The notes below the pieces were generated by a model. It was not told the origin of the DNA. It saw only the letters and a list, made by a program, of their open reading frames with translations, and did not search any database. Below are positions 22,807-37,885 of a stretch of 64,000 bases of DNA, piece by piece; within the stretch, counting starts at the first letter, position 1; the number at the start of each line of letters is the position of its first letter. The position numbers were made by a program, and so were the translations under genes. Source of the DNA: Octopus vulgaris (taxonomy: Eukaryota); assembly GCA_951406725.2 (NCBI GenBank), contig OX597828.1:70990001-71054000 (forward strand), in the 5' to 3' direction.

Positions 22807-25027
22807 CCAATGCTTATCATTGAGAATAGTTTTGGAGTAACTCTTAATTTTGTTATGTTCTGGTGAGGACTGGGTCCATGTAAATAATACATTATAAAAC
22901 TAGTTATATACATTAGATCACTCATGGATTGTCTCTACAACTCTGGTTGGTGAAAAGCCCTTTTTTTTTCTTAACCAGTGGATTTGAGATCTTCCATTGT
23001 TTAACTCTTCAGCATTCAAATTATTCCATCAAATCTAACGCTTATTTATGCACATTGTTTTGAATTTATCATGCATTATTGTTATTTCACAATGTCAATG
23101 ATGGGATTGTTTACTTCCTCAGTGACATTCCAGTGTAGGTGCAAGAGGTTGTGTCTGGCTAGTCTTGAACATAAAACAGAATATTTTGGTCAGATGTAGT
23201 CAGTTTAAATGCTAAAGGGTTAACCAAACCTCTTGACCATTGCTGTCAATAATGATGCCCTAATTACATCTTGGGGACAAGACAAAAGCTCAAACTACCA
23301 ATAGTTTTGTTCTTCTCCCTCATCTCTGTTCACCGCCATTGTTTATACTTTCATCAATATTAATGTACTGGTAACCGTGATTACTTCAAAGATGGCAGAC
23401 AGAATTTATTGATTAATGTTGATGTTTCTCTGCTTCTGTTATGTAAATACAGCTCTACAGTGTGTCTTTGTAGGTGTGTAGGTGGTAATAAAAAAAAAGT
23501 TTGAGATCATTCTGTTTAACAGTATTAGCTGTTCCATGTTGCCAAAGATAATCTCTTTAGAATTAGTGATGCCATTCTTGAATTCTGTGTCATTTCTGGA
23601 TCGTTTCTTTTCGGTTATTTTCTGAAACCCCTTCAGGTAGTAGGTATGACCCTGGAGACGGTGTTGTTGTCTATTAGAGAACTCTTTAGGATATTCTGAC
23701 GATCCTTCCACATACTTTGAATGCTCGCTTTTATACTGTTACATTTTTTCCTTTTTAACTGAGGTTTTTGTTTATATTTGACCTCAAATGTTGGGAAGAA
23801 ACCAGAGCTATTTAGGCTGTAAGAATCCAGCTTTTCCTCTCACACCACTTTCTAGAATAAGAAGCATGGTGGAGGAGTGTTTGGTGTAAAAGGGTAGACT
23901 TGTAGCAATGTGGTTGCCATGTAAGCCATCACCTCTCATTGGTCAGTCAAGAATATATAGTACTTATCTTTGGAAGGACTGTTCCATTATGAAACTATGC
24001 TTATGTTAAATGTAGTTTCTCAGGAAACGGGGTCAAGACCTCTTTAATGTCTTTTTGTGTGGAGAAATATTGATGCTCACCCCTTGTTCTGCAAAAAGCC
24101 ATTCCAACTATTTCAAGAAATCTAAACATTGACACATTGTGAAGAGAAGATAGAATTGAGTGTTGGTTTGGTTTGGGTGTAGAGGCAGCTTTGGTCTTAG
24201 TAGTATAGAGACCATGTGATCAGTAAACTGTAGCCACACAAGTTAGAATCTGTTGTGACATGTGACCATAGCACATGGCTCTAAAAGCATTTATATCACA
24301 ATTTGTGAACAATAACTGTCACCTTGTCACCAACATCTTTATTTTCTTTCCAGTTGCTCCTATTCACTCCCACATTAATGCAAGGTAGCCATAAGTTTCA
24401 AGACATCCATGCTTACCCTTCTATCATGCTTTGCGCCTCTTGATACCTAGTATAAAGCCACCTCTTCCTCTACTAATACTCAGTTGTAGGGACATCTTAT
24501 TTGGTCCTGCGAGTACTTGGTGACCTCATAAGTGCTGGTGTTGCATAAAAGGCACCCAATACTCTTTAGGAAGGAAACCATGTCAAAGCAAATATTGAAG
24601 CTCAATACAGCCCCTTCCCTCCAGCTTGTTAGATTCTGTCAACCCACCCAACCCATGCCAGCAATAAAAGACAGCCACTAAACCCTCAGCATGACCCCCA
24701 GGAGGAACATGTCTTCTCACCAATGTTTTTGTCCCTGAAATCCTTGTCATCAAAAACTTGCCTAAAACCGTCATGTGGTCAAGATGTCTGCAAATTGTTT
24801 ACTTACATGGAGAGCATTACCAGCATTTTTGTGTCTACTTTTCCATACTGTTGTGGGTTGGATAGGTTTGCTCAGTCATCACATCTAACATGTTACAGTC
24901 CTTTATAACTCCTATTAAAACCAGCATCCTGAGATCAGGGGCCTCATTCCTTCCATATAGCTCACTTTTGTATTGCTGTCAAAATCTTTGAAATTGAAAT
25001 ATTGGCTTTTCATACAGCTATGGATTT

Positions 25028-25370
25028 TTGTGTGGTAAGTAGTTTGCTTACCAACCATATGGTTCCAGGTTCAGTCCCACTGCATGGCACTTTGGGCTGA
25101 CGAAAGCCTTGTGAGTGGATTTGGTAAATGGAAACTGAAAGAAGCCTATCATATATATATATGTGTGTGTGTGTGTTTGTTCCCCCAACATTGCTTGACA
25201 ACTGATGCTGGTGTGTTTACATCTCCATGACTTAGCGGTTCGGCAAAAAAGACTGATAGAATAAGTACTAGGCTTACAAAGAATAAGTCCTGGGGTTGAT
25301 TTGTTCGACTAAAGGCATTGCTCCAGCATGGCTGCATTCAAATGACTGAAATGTGTAAAAGAATAAAGAG
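25028..25370 (+). mobile_element. SINE family A copy
   Basis: Close match to 9689-10078 with a small internal deletion. Confidence 0.8.
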
Positions 25371-27319
25371 AGTTTCTAACATCACTCCAGTGACCGTACC
25401 AAGCTGGCTGTGTCCTAGTAAGGTGAGGCAAGTTCATACCTGTTCAACATCGAAAGGTCACTCGTTCACAGCACAAGTTCTTGGTGTGAGATCTTATGTT
25501 GATTAAATGTCGGTTGGCCTTGTGTTTGCTTATCTAGCAGTCAGTATCTTTGTTAGTTTAGTGTGTAGTAAAATAGAGTCCTGCCTACAGCAGTGGCAGT
25601 AGTTAAACCAAAAGCAGTGCTGCTGCCACTACAAGAATGGATCACTGCATCAATTTGGTTATTTTTAGTTTTCCCAATTGTTGAATGGCTAAAGCATCGT
25701 CATTGACAAGTAGAGTCTCCATTGAGCTCTCTGATATGGTGAGTTCACATAATCATCATCATCATCATTTAACAACCATCCAACCCATACTGGACTGGGT
25801 TGGGTTGGGTTGGATGGTTTGACAGGATCTGACCGGTCCACAGACTGCATTGTGCTCCAGTATTTTGTTTGATATGGTTTTTACGACTGCATGCCCTTCT
25901 TAACACCAACCACTTTACTGTGTGTATTGAGTACTTTTATTTATTTATTTATTTTGGGGCACCTGCACTAGTGAGGTTGCCATGCAGCCTGCAAGATTAA
26001 GATTTCTTTTGACTGATTGGAGCTGCAGTAGAGAGGGTGGCAGCTTTATGTTTGGAGAGTCAGGGTTAAAGTGTGAGAATAGGGAACAGAACAGAGTGGG
26101 GTTTCTGGCTGTAGAAGAGCTGCATGGCTGTTTACATTATAGAAAAGAGGGTGGGAGTGGTTGGGATGGCACTGGTAAGAGATATAGTGGTGGTGAGGTG
26201 TCAGGGTGGATGCTGAGGGTAGAATATGAGTAGAAGTGAGTGGGAACAGAACAACAGGGAAGATGATGTTGGGGAGAGTAGGTGACAGCTGTAGAAATTC
26301 AGTGGGGTTGAGGGGTGGGTAGAGGTGATCAATGAGACATAGGAGATGGGAGGAGGTGGAGGAGACGAGATAACTTAGATTTCTGCTTCACGAAAGAAAA
26401 AAAATCTAGATTATATAACATGGTGACTCTTACAGTTTTTCCTTGAACATAGTTAACAATGGCCCAAAAATAAACTTGTAGGTCAACAGCTGGTAAGGTC
26501 ACTTTTACTTGATTCAATCTGGAAGATAGAAAAAAAAAAAAAAAGAAACCCTGGAAAGCAATCAAAGAAGAGATCAGTTGTAAGCTTAACCAGCTTAAAA
26601 TTCTCCAATTGAGGAACATTTTACTAAGTATTCAGAAAAATGTAATTATTGCGAAATAGCAATTATAAATATTAATTAAAGAAATACAAATGTAAATTTG
26701 TTTTTAAATTGTCACAAAAATACCCATAAAAACATTGGTTTATTAGTAATACTATATATTATACTGTATTTTTAATCCCTTCATTACAAAATTTCTTTGA
26801 AATTTACTGCCTTTGTTTCAATAAAATTTGAAAATAATGAATTTAGTAAAATAACTTTATTTATCTGGTGTTTGGAATATAAATTAATGAAATTTTGATG
26901 GAAGATCACTTTATAACAGGAATTTTGTATCATAGAATCAGGATAATCTTGGGTAGGTTGGTATTAAAAGGATTAATTCAAAATTCAGGCTTCAAAACCT
27001 ACAGGATCTCCACACCTGATGTAAGGGGACTTTTGTTATTAAATATAGCCAAAAGTGGAAGGTGTGGTGTTGCAGAGACTGAAAAATTATCATGAACAAC
27101 ATTAAGAACAGTCTAAAAATATGGTAATGGAGCAAACCATTGACTAGATGGATGGGTGTGTGTGGAGGGTGGGTCTGCTCAGAGTTGGCACTTGTAGAAG
27201 TGTGGAATGAAGTGGAATGGTCCTGTGAAAAATTGATAAGAGTAAGGCAGGAAATGAAAGTTGTGAAAACAAAGTAACCCAGGTGTGAAGTTTTGGAGAA
27301 ATGAGAATTATTAATTTTT

Positions 27320-27645
27320 AATTGGAACTCTGTCAGTTATGATGACGAGTGTCGCATTTGATCCAATCAACAGAACAGCCTGCTCATGAAATTAACATGC
27401 AAGCGACTGAGAACTCCACAGACACATGTGTACCCTTAATGTAGTTCTGAGGGAGATTCAGCATGGCACAGAATGTGACAAGGCTGGCCCTTCTTAAATT
27501 ACTGGTACAACTCATTTTTACCAACCGAGTGGACTGGAGCAATGTGAAATAAAGTGTCTTGCTTAAGGACACAATGCATGGCTGAGAATTGAACTCGCTG
27601 CTTTATGATCATGAGCCAAATACTCTAACCACTAAGCCGTGCACC
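27320..27645 (-). mobile_element. tRNA-derived SINE (family D)
   Basis: Minus head GTGCACGGCTTAGTGGTTAGAGT...GAGTTCAATTCTC...CCTTAAGCAAGACACTTTATTTCACATTGCTCCAGT; similar head at ~60000-60120 (+). Confidence 0.7.
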
Positions 27646-27679
27646 CTAACCAAATTATTAATTACATTGATATAAAATT

Positions 27680-28560
27680 TATAAAGTTGGGCTGGATTCA
27701 GCAGCAGAGTCTGGTTGTCTCCTGATAATTTCGTCAGATACAAAATGACTTCAGCTGAATCACCACAGACATTTTTCCAAAGCCGCTGTGGAATTGGTAG
27801 ACTCTGAGCTAAACTGAAATCCAAAGGAAAAGGAAGGAGACCTGTTAGGTAACCTGATAAATTACTTCAAGGTCCATCAAATGGGTCTCTCCCATAGGGC
27901 TCTGCACCTGGCCCTCTTCTGTTCTCTCCAGTCTTTGTAGATGATCTGTTTAACACCTGTACACATCTGCTGTATACTAATGATGCTTAGTCGTTTGACC
28001 GGCCGAGAGGAACTAAATCTTGTGAAACTTTCTGAATAGCACAACGACAAAAAGTTACCTTGGATCTTTTTTATTTATTTATTTATGAGTAATATGACCT
28101 GCCTGATGATGGAGCATGCCTCATGTGGCCCACTTCTCAGAAATGGTTGGCTAAGCCTGTTTTAAGCTATCAAAGAACAATGGTTTTTATTATTGACAAA
28201 TAGAAGTCTGTGAAATCTGGAACACAACTTTGAGATGCTGTTGCAGTTGCCTGTGAAATTGTAGCTGGAGAGATTCAGTGTGTAAATCATGGTCAAGTTG
28301 ATCTTGGCATGACAAACCACCATTATATTTCAGGTAGCCATGCAGAGGGTTGGAATGTTATGTTTATGAGTGGTGTGATGTACTGCTTACAGGATTCCTG
28401 TTGGCACCAAAATATAACAAAATTGAAGGAAGAGTCTCTGTTTATAGAGCACAACTCTGAAACGTCATGCAGTACACCTATCTATCTTGGACAAGAGTAT
28501 CATGGCAAACTCAGCTAACCAAATTCACTATGGAACTAAGGTTACCAAAGTCTCAACTCC
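27680..28560 (+). mobile_element. Highly decayed LINE RT relic
   Basis: GSAPGPLLFS..FVDDL..LLYTND resembles RT motifs QGSxLGPLLF..DDL..YADD. Boundaries approximate. Confidence 0.5.
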
Positions 28561-28604
28561 ATCAATAGCTTACATCACAGGAGAGAATGGGTTGCTGTAA
28601 TAAC

Positions 28605-29132
28605 ATCATCATCACCATCATCACCATCATCATCGTTTAACATCCGCTTTCCATGCTAGCATGGGTTGGACGATTTTGACTGAGGGCTGGCATACCATAT
28701 GGCTGCCCCAGGCTCCAATCTTGATTTGGCAGAGTTTCTACAGCTGGATGCCCTTCCTAATGCCAACCACTCCAAGAGTGTAGTGGATGCTTTTTACATG
28801 CCACCGGCACAAGAACCAGTCAGGCGGTACTGGCAACAACCTAGCTCGAATCTTTTTACACATGCCACCCGCACAGGTGCCAGTAAGGCGACGTTGTTAA
28901 CGATCATGCTCGAATGGTGGCCTTTTACGTGCCACTGGCACGGAAGCCAGTTGGCTGTTCTGGCAATGATCACGCTTGGATGATGCTCTTGGCACCCTAC
29001 TAGCACGGGCACAAATGCCAGTAAGCGACGCTGGTAACGATCACACTCGAATGGTGTCTTTTATGTGCCACTGGCATGGAAGCCGGTTAGCCTCTCTGTC
29101 AACAATCACGCTTGTATGGTGCTCTTTGCACC
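28605..29132 (-). mobile_element. Family C element with internal ~60-bp tandem subrepeats
   Basis: (CAT)n start, then repeated TTTTACGTGCCACTGGCACGG...GATCACGCTCGAATGGTG-like units. Confidence 0.75.
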
Positions 29133-32100
29133 GTATTCTATAAAATGCACATGTAACCACAGATCATCCGAGATCACAGTTATGTTCCCACTGGACATAC
29201 AAGAACTGGTATTTTCACATCTGTACATTCCTCTAAATACTTGACATGTTGAACCGGAGCTCACTGCATTTGACTGTCAACATTTGGAATAAACTTGGGA
29301 AAGATTCAATTGGAACCAACTCTTAACAATACAAACTTTGAAATGTCTTATCCAAAAAACACCACTTAATCACTTCCACCATCAGTTGTGTAATGAACTG
29401 ATGGTCTGCCCATGGCACCTCTCCAAATATTCAGAAAAGAACATACTTGCAAATGACATGAACTCTCATTAACTCATCTTGTGCTTAAATTTAAAATCAG
29501 CTCTTGTGTAATTTCTCATAACTGACGTGTTCATAGCAGCAGGTATCCGCCCCAGCTACGGCACTAATGTTAATCAAGATTCCATTAAATCTGTTGTCTT
29601 GCTACTTGATTTCCATTCTGAAGAAATATCTGTCCTTGAACTCTCCTTTCCAAGATTTGAACCTGGATCAATATTGTTTTTTTCTGTGCAAGAGAAGTTC
29701 TTGGGGTGGACTAATTAAAAAATATATATTGTCCCAATATGTTTTATAAAAGGCAGCCATCTCTCATTTTTTTGTTTTCCTAGAGCCTGGTCTCAGCAGT
29801 TTTAGCCTTTTCTTTATCACTACAGAATGACCTGCAGGCAGTCCTATGACCTGTAGAGGAAGCCACTTTCGTTAACAACTGTATTGGCAAATTATTATAA
29901 CAATCATTACAGCCTAGTTAACAGTGACACTACACCTTGATATTACAGTTTATATTAAGTTCACATATTTTATTTTTCTCCTTATCCTGAGTAAACCAAG
30001 TTCAGTAATTATCCTGAATATTGAAAATATATGAATGGATGCACAATTTACTGTTGCAAGCTTATTGCTGCTTAAACTACTCTCTCACATAGTTCTAAGC
30101 TGCTTCTGCATGCAATTTTGCAGCTTACAATCTGTGTTCCACATCTTCCTTCTTTGCAGCATTGCAGCTTCTGCAAGCCATTTTTCATCTTTCAGTTTAC
30201 AAACCATGCAGTTTTGTTATACATTCTTTGGCCTCAAAGAGGCAATGACAAAAGACAGAGACCTCTGGAGATATGCTGTGACTGAGAAGACCTGGCAAAT
30301 AAAGTGGGTCCACAGCTGTAACCTACCCCAGTGTCACATAACCAGCCCACTCAAAAGTACCTTGGGTTGTAGGGCAACATGCCATTGCTTGAGGAAACCT
30401 ATTGAGTCAAGTACATCAACATCAGGAATATCAAAATCAAATCAAATGGAAATTGTAGTTGTGACCCCCATGCTGGGAGCACGTAAATCATGGTTGATGC
30501 CAGCTCCTCTGGCCCCTCTGTATTGCTTGCAGAAAGTGTTGGTTGGGGGGTAGGCTGATGAGGGAAGGAGGGGGAGATTTGTTCTACACCCAGCAACAGC
30601 ATGTGGTTGACAATACCATAAGTCAGTAATACTTGGGTACACAATCATGGTTGATGCCAGCTCCTCTGGCCCCTCTGCCGGTGGCACATAAAAAGCATCC
30701 ACTACACTCTGAGTGGTTGGTGCTAGGAAGGGCATCCAGCTGTAGAAACACTGTCAGATCAGATTGGGGTCTAGTGCAGCCTCCTGGCTTCCCAGACCCC
30801 AGTCGAACTGTCCAACCCATGCTGCCATGGAAAGTGGACGTTAAACAATGATGATGATGATGAGCCATTTCAACAACAAATCAAACTTAGAACAGACTTC
30901 ACCATTCAGTTAGTCTCCTCCATGAAGCATGTGTGCTTGGCTAAATGAATCTACCAGTTCCTAAAAATAGGTTCATTCTGGTTCTTACCTTAGCAAAGTT
31001 TCTAACTCTAACCTTGTGACATTCAAAACTCCCTAAAATTAATTGGTTGTGTGGTTAGTGGTTAAGAAACTTGCTTCCCAACTACGAAGTTTCAAATTCA
31101 GTCCCTCTGCATGGTACCTTAGGTAAGTGTCTTTGCCCCAGGCTGGTCAAAGCCTTGGGAATAGATTTGGTCAATGGAATCCAAAAGCCCATTATGCGTG
31201 TATGCGTGTTGTTTCCTTATCTTGGACATTGTGTGTTAGTTGTGTCACCATCATACAACTGGTATCCTTTGTTTGCCCTTGTTTGTGAAAACATCTGGCC
31301 TTGGAGAACTGTTGTGTTAGTTTGGAAACGAGTGAAGCTTGATGACAGAAAGGGCACCCAACTGTAGAAAACCTGCCTCGTGTCGAACCCTTGCAAGCAT
31401 GGAAAAATAGATGTTAAAACAATGATGATATGAGATTTAACTTGAGTAAATGCTTGACATTTTAAAGACTTTGATATTGCTGGTTGATTTGAATCAACAC
31501 TAACAATCTTTGATACTGAAAATATATATATATGTATATGTATGTATATGGACTGTTGGGTATATGTTATTTGACCTATTAATATTCCTGTATAATGACC
31601 TGTTGTTATATTGCCTTTGAATCATATAATTAATTCAGTAATTTATAAACCTACTAATTAGATTGGATAAGTCTAAATGCTTCCTATGAAAATAATAGGA
31701 ACTTGTACATAATGTAAATATAATTATGTATTTGTTTTTTTCTGTATGTCATTTTTACAACATGGTAACACAAACGGTATTTGCAGTAGTTCAAATAAAA
31801 CCAGTGTTTGTAAAAACCTGAACCAACAACTGTACACACACACATACACTGCCAAAAATAACAGTACAGATGGGTTGGGTTCAGAAAAATAGAAAACCAA
31901 AGGAAATGAATGAAATTGTAACAATTTCCTGTAGACAACTGGTGAAGAGATTCTTTTATAGGAAAGTCCCTTATCTATCTGTATTGATATTTTTACAGTG
32001 TTATTTGTAATGCAAAACACACACACACACACACACACCTATCAAATATGAAGTTTATATCTAACTCATTTCTGTAATTCTTAATCTTTCTGTTTCAAGA

Positions 32101-32920
32101 CTTGCTCCACTTTCATGCATTGCTTGCTGGCTTGCTATTGGTTATTTCTCTCCTCTTCACTTCCTTATCTCTCTAATCTACCTCTCTCAGCAGAGCCACT
32201 ACTTTCCCCCTTTACATTTCTACAACATGAGATAAAGAATAAGACCCAAGAATGGAATATGTGACTTAGTGTTTTATATATAATTATAATCAGAGGAGAT
32301 GTCAGAGTCCATGCCTTTTGTAGCTTTTCTCAATATCATGTGACAGAACTCCATCAGCAACATGTTGCAGTCTGATAGGAAGCTTCCAATCAAAGAGATG
32401 ATGTAAATCACATGCAGGAATCATAATAAAAAAGTTTCTCATACTACATGGTCAATGATTTGGCTGATGCCATTCAGGTATGGATGTACTGTCAGCTTGG
32501 CTTGTTCGAGATGTGTGTAAGGTAGTGTGACTATTTTGCATCCATTTGTGTACCCAAGTATTACTGACTTGTGGTATTGTCAACCATGTGCTGTTGCAGG
32601 GTGTAGAACAAATTCCCCCTCCTCCCCTCATCAGCCTACCCCCCAACCAACACTTTCTGCAAGCAAATGGGGACAGGTTTTCTTACCTGATGTCCATGAC
32701 AAATGAAGATTGCTATGGTGACCACAATGTTCCCACTTGATTTTGTATGAGAAGCTCTCAAGATATCAATCAATGTAAAGGTTTATGTGTTTGATTTCTG
32801 TGTGCTTGGCTCTGCTGCATCTGTTTGAGCTCTCAGTCAAGTGTATTGTAGCTCTCTACTCATCCTACACTAAATATAAAGTGAATTAGTACCATTTGTT
32901 TTCTGTTTTTATATGCTAAA

Positions 32921-33150
32921 GGCGGCGAGTTGGCAGACATGTGAGCGCGCTGGGCGAAATGCTTAGCGGTATTTCGTCTGTCGTTACGTTCAGAGTTCAA
33001 ATTCCACCGAGGTCGACTTTGCCTTTCATCCTTTCAGGGTCGATATATAAAGTACCAGTTTCGCACTGGGGTCAATGTAATCGACTTAATCCCTTTGTCA
33101 GTCCTTGTTTGTCCCCTCCATGTTTAGCCCCTTGTGGGCAATAAAGAAAT
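32921..33150 (+). mobile_element. Young SINE family B copy
   Basis: CpG-rich; flanked by the ATATGCTAAAGG direct repeat (TSD-like). Confidence 0.85.
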
Positions 33151-36100
33151 ATATATGCTAAAGGAGTAATAAAAAATTTGTAGATTTAAAAACAATTCCT
33201 TCATTCCTTTGTCTTAACTAATTTTTAATAATAAATGTTTGAAGAAATTTAATGAAAATACTTAACAATGTTGATGAGAGACAATAAAAACCCAAGAGTA
33301 TTTGATGAGGGACAATAAAAACTCGGTGGTGTTATATTGATAGAGTCTGAATATTTAATGTGAAACGTGCTTGGTGAATACTAGTTAACATTGTGTTATG
33401 GTTTGATTGGAAATTGATGGGTTTTAGCCTTAAATTACCAATGCTCTTTTAGTTTTAGTTCTTTAATAATTCAGTGCCGTTAATACTTGAAATATTTCAG
33501 GTGTTTATCAACCCATTGGATAACCACACAGATCCCCCCCACCTGCCCCTGGGGATCAGTGTTGACCACTTTGCCAACCCCTGTTGTTAACCATTGACCT
33601 GTTACCATATTTCATCCTACAATCCATCTTAGTTATATTTGTGAATATATTACATCTTTTCTGTCACTGGTCAACTAGCCATACAATCAGGTGACCTGTG
33701 CTGGTCACTGTCATACTCTACATTTCTCGTTAACCTTCTTAATTATTTCTTCTTAGCTGACATCATTAGTCTTGTATATCCAATATCAGTTCTGGTTCTA
33801 ATCTAGAACTTCCCACAACATTGTAGACTTACATGTTGACCATCACTGTCTGGTCCTGGCCTGATGTTTGACCAAGAGGGTCTGATTTATCTTTTTCAAA
33901 ATTATTTTGCCTTTTTATCTATATTTTTTCTTAGTTTAATTAGCTTTTTTTATCTATATTTTATCATTGTGCCTTAGTGTGCCACCTTATCGTTGTGCCT
34001 TATTGTTGTGCCTTGTCGTACCAACTTATTGTTTTGCCTTGTTGTTGTGCCTTATTCTTTCTTGTATCTTACCATTTTACTGCATTCTTTACAACTATTC
34101 CTGCACTTTACTATCATCTCTTATTGTTTATAATTCAATTTATCTTCCTAATATTTTCTTACAATTTACTCTATGTCCTCTATTATTTGTACTCTTTTTC
34201 ACTTGTATTGAAAGGAAGGTCTTTCAATCTCTATTTCCAAATTCCATTCTGCTCATTAAGCATTGTGGAACGATTTTGATGACTCTAAAATTGTTCCTTC
34301 CTCTATTCATGTCCGCCCAACCCCAATGTACGTATGTTCAATAGTTTCTGAAGGCCTTCCAAAATAGGGAACAACTGATGACATCCAAGGGGACTTCAGT
34401 TGCTAATGTGATCATGCATGTATGAGAGAGAAAGAAAGAGAGAGAGAGAGAGTGAGTATGAGTGGGTGCTGAATGTCTGCAGAGAATTGGAGAGAAACCA
34501 GTTCCTCTGATTCGCTAAGCGTTTGTATTAATTGATGTCCAGGCAGTGGTGAGGGAGGGTGGGGAGTGAGACTAAAGAGGAAAAGTATTGTAAGATACGT
34601 ACAGGTTGATGTGAACAGATGGTGTGTGGTGGGTGACAAAGGTGTTATTGTTTAGCCCTAGGTCAAAGCACATCAGACTGTGGTTGGGTGGAGAGAGACT
34701 GCTGAGCCCTTCATCCTGCAATAGACTGAACATAGGCAATCCAGTTGTGGCGCCACATAAAAGTGCTCATGCAGAGCCACGCAAAAGTACCCAGCACACT
34801 CTGTAAAGTGGTTGGCCTCAGGAAGGGCATCCAGCCGTAGAAACCTTGCTAAATCAGGCTGGAGTCTAGTGCAGCTTGTTAGCTTGGGTCAAACCGTCCA
34901 ACCCATGCCAGCACGGACAACAGGCGCTTAATGATGATGATATGTAATGTTTGTGTGTGTGTATACTTTTGCCTATGTATATCTGCAAAGAATACAGAAA
35001 AGCCAGTTCTTGATAATCTATCAATTCTCCTCCATCACAAATATTGCTAATCAGTAATTGGTCCTTAAAAATCCATAATTAAGACCCTCTTGTAACGAAC
35101 TGTGATATATTATCTTATGTGCCTTTCATAGTTTTGTTTCCATTGCTCCAGGTCACCCTTAATTATGCAAACTTATGACTAAACACATTACAGCCATAAC
35201 CAGGGTGGGGCAGGCAGGGCCTGGGTGCCACTTTGAAGGGGGCACAATTTTGGCTAAGATCAATAAGATCTGATAAGCTATTTAAAAAGATTTGGTGGAG
35301 GGGGTGGGCACAATTCTGATGCTTGCCCTGGGTACCATTTACCCTAGTTATGCCCCTGGCCATAACCATCCTGTTTTTTGTTTTTTTTTATTCAAGCAGT
35401 GTTTCTGTACTACATTATGCAATTTGTCCTTCCTTTTTTAAAATGGTGAGGGGTGGTTTAAGGGAGATTTAGCTGCTATTTCTTGCATTGAAGTGACAAC
35501 ACAGAGGCCTCATATTTTTGTAGTAAAAGGTGATAGCAGGTCGGCAAAAAAGAATGGGGTGGGTGTAGGTAGAAGAGACTGGAAAGGTTTCTGTTTGGAG
35601 GGTCATTATGTTCACACAACTATTGTTAAAGACTGTCCACTTGGTAATGTCTTGGAAGAATGGTGGACATTAAAACACCGAGGATGATGTGTGTGTGTGT
35701 GTGTGTACTTGTGTATAAGTGCAAGCATGGTTGTATGGTTTAGAAGTTCGTTTCCAAATCACATGGTTTAGTGTTCAATCTCACTGCATGGCACCTTGGG
35801 CAAGTGTCTAATACTATATCCCCAAAATCAATCAAAACTTGGAAGAAACCCCTCTGTGTCTGTGTCCGTGTATCCCCGAGACTGTTTGCGTCTCACTTTG
35901 CTCTGACATCATGCAGTAGTTATAAACAAGTATTACCATACAAGTCATTTGTTTCCTCCATGAAAAATGTGTCCAGCCATTGGGGAAATATTACCTTGTT
36001 TGGAGACAGGTGAGGGTTGGTCACAGGAAGGGCATCCAGCTGTAGAAAATCTGCCTCGGTAAATTCTATCTAGCCCATGGAAACCTGGAAAAGTGAACAT

Positions 36101-36390
36101 TGAAACAGTGATGATGATGATGATAATGTGTGTGTGTTTCTGTAATAGCCAACAAATATTTGCAAATAAGTTTGTGCGTGTGTGTAATATTTATATAAAC
36201 AATTACGGTTGATATGAAAAAAGCTGAGAGCATCACAAGGGTGTGCTGTTGTCATCGTCATCACCATCAGCACCATCCAAGTGTGACATAGTTTTGATTC
36301 AGAAAGTTTACTGAAACACCATGTGTGGTCGTTGAAATTTGCAATTGTAATTAAATATAACGAAGAACGGGCTTGTTTTGTTGTTTGCAG

Positions 36391-36464
36391 TTGATAACGA
36401 CACAGACTATTGACACAAATGTTGGTGCTGTGTGCAGACCAAATACATTTGAAGAGCTACAAGG
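36391..36464 (+). other. Candidate 74-nt exon (5' UTR or alternative)
   Basis: ttgttttgttgtttgcag| acceptor and GG|gtaggg donor in unique sequence; open only in phase 0. Confidence 0.3.
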
Positions 36465-36755
36465 GTAGGGAATTGGTTTGTTTTCACAGTTGGGATGGTG
36501 ATGAGGGCAGGGGTGGTGGTGGTGGTGGTGGTGGTGATGGCAGGTTGGGGCAACACTTATCTTTTAACAAGTGTTTCTGTTATTTTGCAAGTGAATTGTG
36601 GCAGTCAGATATATTGCAGTCTGAAAGGGTTGGGTTACCAAACTCGTTGATCTATTATGCATGTCTTTTTAACACACTCCCGAGACAACCATTGACTTCT
36701 TTTCTCACCTCTGGATCTCTTCCTCTTTTTCTCTTCTCTTTCTCTTTCTCCCTCC

Positions 36756-36795
<40 letters not shown>

Positions 36796-37207
36796 CTCTC
36801 TCTTTCTCTCATTCACACAAATACATATATGTATGTCTGAGCTAAAAGGGGTCACATATCCAAATCGCAGGTTTATTCACTGGTCCTTCAGCCAAGCAAA
36901 CCTCTGGTTTGGCTGGGTTCCCTGTTTTTTTTTTTTTCTATCTCCATACATAAATTTGACTCTACACACCTCCAACATACCTTAGTATTGAGTTTGTAAC
37001 ACAACAGAAATAAAAACGCGTGAGTGTGTGTAATAATAATCTATATTGAAAATGCAATTGCATTTTTTCTGTTGAAAAATGCATTACTATAATGTGGCTC
37101 TGATTCCATGCTAGCCAAATCTAGAGATTCGCTGATTATCACTGAAGTACATTGTCAGGTATAGGAGTGGAGTGTGAGATTATCTATAGAATGCAAATGT
37201 TTTAGTG

Positions 37208-37241
<34 letters not shown>

Positions 37242-37885
37242 ATATATATATTTACCATTCATCCTATGCTGGTATGGACAACAGCTGTTAAATGATAAAG
37301 ATATATAGAACAAATAGTTAAGGATTATCAATCTGGGCAAAATACTTCATAAGCTCTCTATGCGTGCACACACACAAACAAACACACACACAAACACATG
37401 GATGAGCCAAATCCAAGTTATTAACCCTTTAGTACTTAAATCCACCATATCCAGTCCCAAATATTCTACTCTAGGCACAAGGCCCAAAATTTTGGGAGAG
37501 GGGTCCAGTCAATTAGATCAACCCCAGTACGTAACTGGTACTTAATTCATCAACCCCCAAAAGGATGAAAGGCAAAGTTGACCTCGACATAATTTGAACT
37601 CAGAACATGAAGACAAATGAAAAACCGCAAAGCATTTTGCCTGGTGAGCTAACGTTTCTGCCAGCTTGCCAATCCCAAGTATTTTACCTGTTTTACATTC
37701 AAACTGACTGGATCCAGCCTCTTACACTTATTCTACAATGCCATGTTAAAAATAATATCATAAAAATCTCAAAGTTACAAGATAATCCAGGATTAATTCA
37801 GGACAATGTGAATGAATAAGCTTTGCATTTGACAAGGATAGTCTGAATGCTAAAAGGGTTAAACACAATGACCACATATATATAT

